Positions 16,339-20,000 of a stretch of DNA of 20,000 bases are shown one piece after another. A program made the translations under genes and the position numbers. The notes beneath the pieces are model-generated. The model was not told the DNA's origin. It saw only the letters and a list, made by a program, of their open reading frames with translations, and did no database searches. The stretch lies in the IMG/VR virus record IMGVR_UViG_3300033808_000111; one strand, given 5' to 3'. Positions within the stretch are counted from its first letter, which is position 1. Every line of letters begins with the position of its first letter. The stretch comes from an uncultured virus (IMG/VR IMGVR_UViG_3300033808_000111). Its lineage: Duplodnaviria; Heunggongvirae; Uroviricota; Caudoviricetes.

Positions 16339-16964
16339 GAACCATCGGTGAAGACCATCTCGACCGCGGCGTACGGTCCGTGCGACTCGTTCAAAGCGTA
16401 GGCATCTTGTCCGTCGATCGTCTTGTCGCGCCCGTCGATGATGAAAGCATGCCGCGCGAGCGAACCGTCCTCGTCTTTCCAGACGACGGTGTCGCCCGCA
16501 ACGGGGAACGAGGCCAGCCTGCCGCGGCGAGCTTGGGTGAGGCCGCGGAAACCCACGTAAAGACTTCCACGTTGCGGGTAGCTAAGGACGGCGGCAGCGG
16601 TGACGTAGCTGTCAATGTCGACGTCGGAGTCCGCGGCCGCTACGCGAACCATCCGAGCTGAGAGGCGCTCTTCCAGCTTGTCGACGGAGGTGACCCACTT
16701 CCTGAGTCCCTTTTCTTCGAGCAGCGCGAGGACGTAGTTGGTGATGGGTGGATGGCCGATGATTCTGATGAGTCGATCGGGGCCAACGACAATCCTCGCG
16801 ACGGTCTGAGCCGTCGGGTCGTCGATCTTCCACACGTCGAGATCGAAGTTGATCTTCGAACCGCTTGCGACCTCGTAGATGTGCGCCCCGAAGCCGCGCT
16901 CCATGAAGAGGTCGGCGAGGACCTCGAGGTGCTGGCGGGTCTCGAACTGGGGCAGCATCATCAT
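16323..16964 (-). CDS. Hypothetical protein with an N-terminal repeated-family domain
   Basis: QHLEVLADLFMERGF...RIVVGPDRLIRI...YVLALLEEKGLRKWV plus a beta-rich C-terminal domain. Confidence 0.8.
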   Translation of the reverse strand: MMMLPQFETRQHLEVLADLFMERGFGAHIYEVASGSKINFDLDVWKIDDPTAQTVARIVVGPDRLIRIIGHPPITNYVLALLEEKGLRKWVTSVDKLEERLSARMVRVAAADSDVDIDSYVTAAAVLSYPQRGSLYVGFRGLTQARRGRLASFPVAGDTVVWKDEDGSLARHAFIIDGRDKTIDGQDAYALNESHGPYAAVEMVFTDGSWELL

Positions 16965-16978
16965 TCACGCAGCCAAGC

Positions 16979-17179
16979 TCAGTCGCCGATCTGCTGGAAC
17001 GTGATCGGAGGCACGGTGACGAGGGGAGCCTCGAGGGGCGCGCCCTTGTCGGTCGAGAGCGCCGGCTCGGGGTTGCCTGGAACGAACGTCGGGACGCCCG
17101 ATACGAGCGTCACGCCTTGCGGGCCGTTGCCCGGCTCGTTGATGGGGATAGGCGGGAAGAACTGCGAGGGTCCTGACAT
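16979..17179 (-). CDS. Small Pro-rich protein
   Basis: GAGGAG upstream of MSGPSQFFPPIPINEPGNGPQG. Confidence 0.55.
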   Translation of the reverse strand: MSGPSQFFPPIPINEPGNGPQGVTLVSGVPTFVPGNPEPALSTDKGAPLEAPLVTVPPITFQQIGD

Positions 17180-17196
17180 CTCATTCTCTCCTCTGG

Positions 17197-17216
17197 TTCT
17201 CCACAGCTGTGGAGAA
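17197..17216. repeat. Perfect 20-bp palindrome TTCTCCACAGCTGTGGAGAA between divergent genes
   Basis: Equals its own reverse complement. Confidence 0.9.
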
Positions 17217-17219
17217 GAT

Positions 17220-18014
17220 GTGAACTCAGCAGCAAGAGAGTACCATGACCCTGTGGTGCGCGGCTTCGAAGACCCAGAACGAATCAAGATGGAGCTGAGC
17301 GCCGAGCTAGGCCTCTACCCAAGCGACTTGCTGGATTTTGAGTGCGACGACAAGAACATCGCGGCGGTCCCGGTGTGCAGCGCGACGACGCGCGCGGGAC
17401 GCTTCGCGATCGTGAGGGACCGCAAAGCCGCCGAGCGGCTCGCGGACGCGACCTTGAAGTTCCGCTTCAACGTGTACTTCAACGACGTGCGCCGAAAGAC
17501 CGCGGCGCCGCATGAGACGCGCGAGTGGCTGCCGCTCTACCCCCTGCTCCTCCACCTCTACGGCGGTGAGATGCGGGAGGTGCTCGCTTTGCGGGAGCGC
17601 CCGAACATCGATCGCGAGTACTCGCTCATCGCGAGGAGCTATCCGGACACGTTCTGGGAGGCGTGGAGAGATCAAGATATCGCGACGCTCCCGGCTGGGA
17701 CCATCGGAAAAGAGGTCATGGCGTGGGGGACCGCGCGTTCGCCAACGAAAGAAGAGTTCTCCCGGTTCGTTCACGCCGTCGCAAGGCAGAGGGCACAAGA
17801 CCCGCTCGAGTACCTCATGGAGCGCGGCGGTTACCGCGACAAGACGGACGCTTTCGAGCAGCTCCTCAAGCTCGCGCCGATCGATTCGCGGCGGGTGAGC
17901 AAGGAAGCCCTCAAGTGGTTCGGCTTCGAGCAGTTCTTGGCCGCTGATGGCAAGGCGTGGGAGACACCGAGCGGCTTCATCTACTTCAGCCCGATCTCTG
18001 CTTACCGCGCCTGA
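17220..18014 (+). CDS. Hypothetical protein
   Basis: Likely GTG start at 17220 after GGAGAAGAT; GC-ending codons from there on. The upstream part of the 16752 ORF is an antisense shadow. Confidence 0.75.
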   Translation: MNSAAREYHDPVVRGFEDPERIKMELSAELGLYPSDLLDFECDDKNIAAVPVCSATTRAGRFAIVRDRKAAERLADATLKFRFNVYFNDVRRKTAAPHETREWLPLYPLLLHLYGGEMREVLALRERPNIDREYSLIARSYPDTFWEAWRDQDIATLPAGTIGKEVMAWGTARSPTKEEFSRFVHAVARQRAQDPLEYLMERGGYRDKTDAFEQLLKLAPIDSRRVSKEALKWFGFEQFLAADGKAWETPSGFIYFSPISAYRA

Positions 18015-18345
18015 GAGAATCGAGAATGGTCGTGTGCTCGCAATGGAGCAGGCGCCCGAGACCCTTGGCGCTCATCCCGAGCCGCTCGCGGAGGAGCACG
18101 ACGAGCGCGTCGCGAGCGCGAACGACCGCGGGCACGCGGCCCGGCCCGAGCGCCGCGGTGAGAAAGACGCCGCGATCCTTGCAGAGCGTCTCGATCTCGG
18201 CGAGCACGCCGAGCTTGCCGAGCGCCACGATGATCGCGCGGACGTCGGCTTCGGTGCGATGACGCCGGTTTTTCTGTCGATTCAAACGATTTAGCGAACC
18301 TGGTATTGACAGGTTCTTCGGCTTGGGTAGGCTTCTTTCAGACAC
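17986..18345 (-). CDS. Stand-alone DnaA domain IV-like helix-turn-helix protein
   Basis: LGPGRVPAVVRARDALVVLLRERLGMSAKGLGRLLHCEHTTILDSLRR matches the R...aRq.amyl.r...S...iG..f.rDHTTvlh pattern. No AAA+ domain, so not dnaA itself. GTG 18345 has GAAGGAG 10 nt upstream. Confidence 0.8.
   Translation of the reverse strand: MSERSLPKPKNLSIPGSLNRLNRQKNRRHRTEADVRAIIVALGKLGVLAEIETLCKDRGVFLTAALGPGRVPAVVRARDALVVLLRERLGMSAKGLGRLLHCEHTTILDSLRRGKQRSG
18306..18333 (+). promoter_or_regulatory. Promoter TTGACA-N16-TAGGCT
   Basis: Consensus -35 at 18306-18311 and -10 at 18328-18333. Confidence 0.65.
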
Positions 18346-18402
18346 TGAAAAGAAACTCCTTCACGGGGCCCCGCCGAAGTAGCGCTCGGCGGGGCTTTTT
18401 TT
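18339..18402 (+). ncRNA. Candidate sRNA of about 64 nt with an anti-Shine-Dalgarno segment
   Basis: Bounded by a promoter and an intrinsic terminator, with no ORF between; contains ACTCCTTC (18355-18362). Confidence 0.55.
18368..18402 (+). terminator. Intrinsic terminator
   Basis: GCCCCGCCGA-agtagcgc-TCGGCGGGGC followed by T7. Confidence 0.9.
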
Positions 18403-18423
18403 GTTCGCTCACTCGAGCTGGGC

Positions 18424-18452
18424 TTGTCAACGTGCAAGTGCGGTCTTAGGCT
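18424..18452 (+). promoter_or_regulatory. Promoter TTGTCA-N17-TAGGCT for the PTH2/tRNA-like cluster
   Basis: Hexamers at 18424-18429 and 18447-18452; an ATG follows 8 nt later. Confidence 0.7.
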
Positions 18453-18460
18453 CTGGTTTC

Positions 18461-18490
18461 ATGCAAGCTCGAATGCAGCGGCTCGGCTAA
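18461..18490 (+). CDS. Putative leaderless minigene MQARMQRLG*
   Basis: ATG at the predicted transcription start; stop TAA at 18488-18490, just before the PTH2 coding region begins in the +1 frame. Confidence 0.4.
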   Translation: MQARMQRLG

Positions 18491-18815
18491 CCGCCGACAA
18501 GAGAATCCCGTCGCCCACTACATCATCGTCAGGGAGGACCTGCCGAGAGGGATTCAGGCGGCGATGTTGGTTCATGCCGCTGGAGAGAGCAGCCCTGGAA
18601 CGCTGAGCAAGGACACGTTCGCGTTTGTGCTCGGCGTGATCGACGAGAAAGCGCTCGTGGGCGAGGCCGCGCGCCTGCTCCAAGAACGCGTGATGTTCGT
18701 CCCCATCTTCGAGCCCGACGCTCCGTACTTCGGGCAGCTCATGGCGATCGGGATCATCCCCGCGAGGAAGGAGGTGCTCAAGCGTCACATGCGACGCCTG
18801 CCTCTCCTTAAATGA
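18489..18815 (+). CDS. PTH2-type peptidyl-tRNA hydrolase-like protein; no canonical start upstream of its conserved N-terminus
   Basis: The frame reads NRRQENPVAHYIIVREDLPRGIQAAMLVHAAGES...VLGV.DEKAL...IFEPD...GQLMAIGIIP...MRRLPLLK. This matches the PTH2 signature yiivR.DL..G..aAQ..HA ... t.igi.P ... l.Ll. The first ATG (18564) lies inside the conserved helix. Confidence 0.85.
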   Translation, partial: NRRQENPVAHYIIVREDLPRGIQAAMLVHAAGESSPGTLSKDTFAFVLGVIDEKALVGEAARLLQERVMFVPIFEPDAPYFGQLMAIGIIPARKEVLKRHMRRLPLLK

Positions 18816-18822
18816 TCATCAT

Positions 18823-18859
18823 GCGCCTCTTGTTCGGGAAACCGGGCGGGGGCGCGCCA
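18823..18859 (+). ncRNA. tRNA acceptor-like minihelix ending in G-CCA
   Basis: GCGCCTCTTGTTCGG-GAAA-CCGGGCGGGGGCGC-G-CCA: 14 bp with G-U pairs and one bulge, and a GNRA loop. It ends 1 nt before the next tRNA. Confidence 0.65.
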
Positions 18860-18860
18860 A

Positions 18861-18934
18861 GCCCGCGTAGCTCAGTGGCAGAGCACCCGAGTTTCTAACT
18901 TGGGAGGCCGGTCGTTCGAATCGATCTGCGGGCT
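18861..18934 (+). tRNA. Atypical tRNA-Arg(TCT)-like gene with a 6-bp anticodon stem
   Basis: GCCCGCG/TGCGGGC acceptor, GCTC/GAGC D arm, CCCGAG-TTTCTAA-CTTGGG anticodon arm, GGTCG-TTCGAAT-CGATC T arm. Discriminator T; no encoded CCA. Confidence 0.75.
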
Positions 18935-18935
18935 C

Positions 18936-19018
18936 TGGGGAGTAGCTCAGTGGCAGAGCATCGTGTACTCCTTGCGGGTTCACGAGTGTCGGAAGTTCGA
19001 ATCTTCTCTCCCCAACCA
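18936..19018 (+). tRNA. Atypical tRNA-Gln(TTG)-like gene with an elongated anticodon arm
   Basis: TGGGGAG/CTCCCCA-A-CCA acceptor (U1-A72), normal D and T arms. The TCGTG/CACGA stem encloses 15 nt (TACTCCTTGCGGGTT) with TTG at the centre. Confidence 0.7.
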
Positions 19019-19019
19019 A

Positions 19020-19095
19020 GCGCCCTTAGCTCAGTCAAGCAGAGCAACTGGAGTGCATAACCAGTAGGTCGCGGGCGCAAATCCCGCAGGGCGCG
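19020..19095 (+). tRNA. Atypical tRNA-like gene with a 9-nt anticodon loop (CAT or GCA; identity ambiguous)
   Basis: GCGCCCT/AGGGCGC-G acceptor, GCTC/GAGC, ACTGG-AGTGCATAA-CCAGT, GCGGG-CGCAAAT-CCCGC. The D loop lacks GG and the T loop lacks TTC. Confidence 0.65.
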
Positions 19096-19773
19096 CTAGG
19101 TTCCGCGAAAGCTTTTTTGTCGTTTCTTTTTTGTCATGTGAGGTGCGCGAGCACCCTGACGTGTGCGGCGAGCGACGCGGCGATCCGAAGTCGAAGTGAT
19201 CTGGACGTTGCCAGCGATGCCTCCAAGGTTCTTGAGCTGCGCGTTCGGCGCGAGCGCGAGCATGGTCGGCTTTACGCGCTTTTCGGTTGTTCGTGAGGCG
19301 AGCGGCAAACCGCGCTCGCGCGCGAACTCTTTGGTGGACGCCATGATGGTGACGGGCCGGTGCGTGCCGTCAAGCACGCCGTCTTCTTCACAGATGGTTG
19401 CTTGCGCGAGGCTGTCGTCGATCACGATGTCGATGCCGCTCGTCGTGCGAACGTCTTCGTTGATGGTCTGGACCAGCTCTGCCCAGGTGGAAAAGACGTT
19501 GTCGGCCGATTTCGTGGGCGGCGCACCCGGGCGGAAGATCACCGTCCATCCGGCGGACACGAACCCCTCTCCGGTTTTGCGTGACCACTCGAGCATCCGT
19601 CCGCGTCTCGTGACCATGAAGAGTCGCACCTCGCGGCCACCGGCCCGAGCTTGCCGGTAAAAGTCCACGGCGGCTTTCTCGTCGCTCTCGACAAGCACCT
19701 CGCGATCGCCCTCGATGATCACGAACTCGCCGGTGGCATGGCGCGCTTCCACTGCCACCAGCATACCATCCAT
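19096..19773 (-). CDS. Hypothetical protein
   Basis: Long ORF with GC-ending codons, convergent on the tRNA cluster. Start uncertain (ATG 19773, ATG 19764 or GTG 19752). Confidence 0.7.
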   Translation of the reverse strand: MDGMLVAVEARHATGEFVIIEGDREVLVESDEKAAVDFYRQARAGGREVRLFMVTRRGRMLEWSRKTGEGFVSAGWTVIFRPGAPPTKSADNVFSTWAELVQTINEDVRTTSGIDIVIDDSLAQATICEEDGVLDGTHRPVTIMASTKEFARERGLPLASRTTEKRVKPTMLALAPNAQLKNLGGIAGNVQITSTSDRRVARRTRQGARAPHMTKKKRQKSFRGT

Positions 19774-19820
19774 TGCTGGGTTGCGCCGCGACAACTGTCC
19801 TGGTATGCGTTGTAGTGCAA

Positions 19821-20000
19821 ATGACCAAACAATCAGGCAAGAAGAACGGTTCGCATGCTCGCTCGAGCCGGGTCCAAGTCACCTTCCGCGTCGATCCAGC
19901 GTGGCTCCGCCTCGCCGACCAGCTCGCCAAGGACCTCAGCTCGCGCGGCGTGAAGCTCACGCGGACCGACGGCTTCCGCGAGGCGATGGCCCGCGGGTTC
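19821..20000 (+). CDS. Ribbon-helix-helix protein, 3'-truncated; paralog of the N-terminal domain of 364..1284
   Basis: MTKQSGKKNGSHARSSRVQVTFRVDPAWLRLADQLAKDLSSRGVKLTRTDGFREAMARGF aligns with EQVAVRVDKAWIERAQRIANSFARPGNEMTRADAFRAAMALGF. Not in the ORF track. Confidence 0.8.
   Translation, partial: MTKQSGKKNGSHARSSRVQVTFRVDPAWLRLADQLAKDLSSRGVKLTRTDGFREAMARGF

Noticed and set aside
17986..18345. Calling this gene dnaA
   Set aside because: Only the C-terminal DNA-binding domain pattern is present; there is no AAA+ domain.
18892..18898. CTA in the first tRNA loop read as an amber suppressor or tRNA-Pyl anticodon
   Set aside because: In the symmetric loop TT-TCT-AA the centred triplet is TCT. 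The D loop and variable region are not Pyl-like, and TAG is used as a normal stop in this window (e.g. 4153, 7309, 10542).
1..20000. CRISPR array, IS element or integrase
   Set aside because: I saw no regularly spaced 23-50-nt repeats with unique spacers and no transposase or recombinase motifs; the repeats found are short tandem units.

Overview
GC-rich window of tightly packed, mostly short, often ATGA-coupled hypothetical genes. It has no housekeeping, virion or replication genes. The content fits the accessory/early region of a large phage or other mobile element; this is inference, and the host cannot be determined. Layout: a + strand block (about 1.8-10.9 kb) interrupted by an inverted tandem-HNH endonuclease gene, then a - strand block (about 10.9-17.2 kb), then a translation-related island (18.3-19.1 kb). 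Recognisable products are three ribbon-helix-helix regulators, winged-helix proteins, DUF6283-like and DUF1653-like proteins, a DnaA domain IV-like HTH and a PTH2-type peptidyl-tRNA hydrolase. Main candidates for new biology: (1) a promoter, a 9-codon minigene, a PTH2 frame lacking a proper start, a CCA-ending minihelix and three tRNA-like genes that all have enlarged anticodon arms; (2) two densely base-paired non-coding segments of about 260-280 nt (5142-5422, 12876-13132); (3) a short promoter-terminator sRNA antisense to the RBS of the DnaA-IV HTH gene; (4) an unnamed domain of about 80 aa repeated in five proteins; (5) recurrent C-GAA-G triloop hairpins and a TGGTATGC promoter motif. All family assignments are from motif recognition by eye, not database searches.
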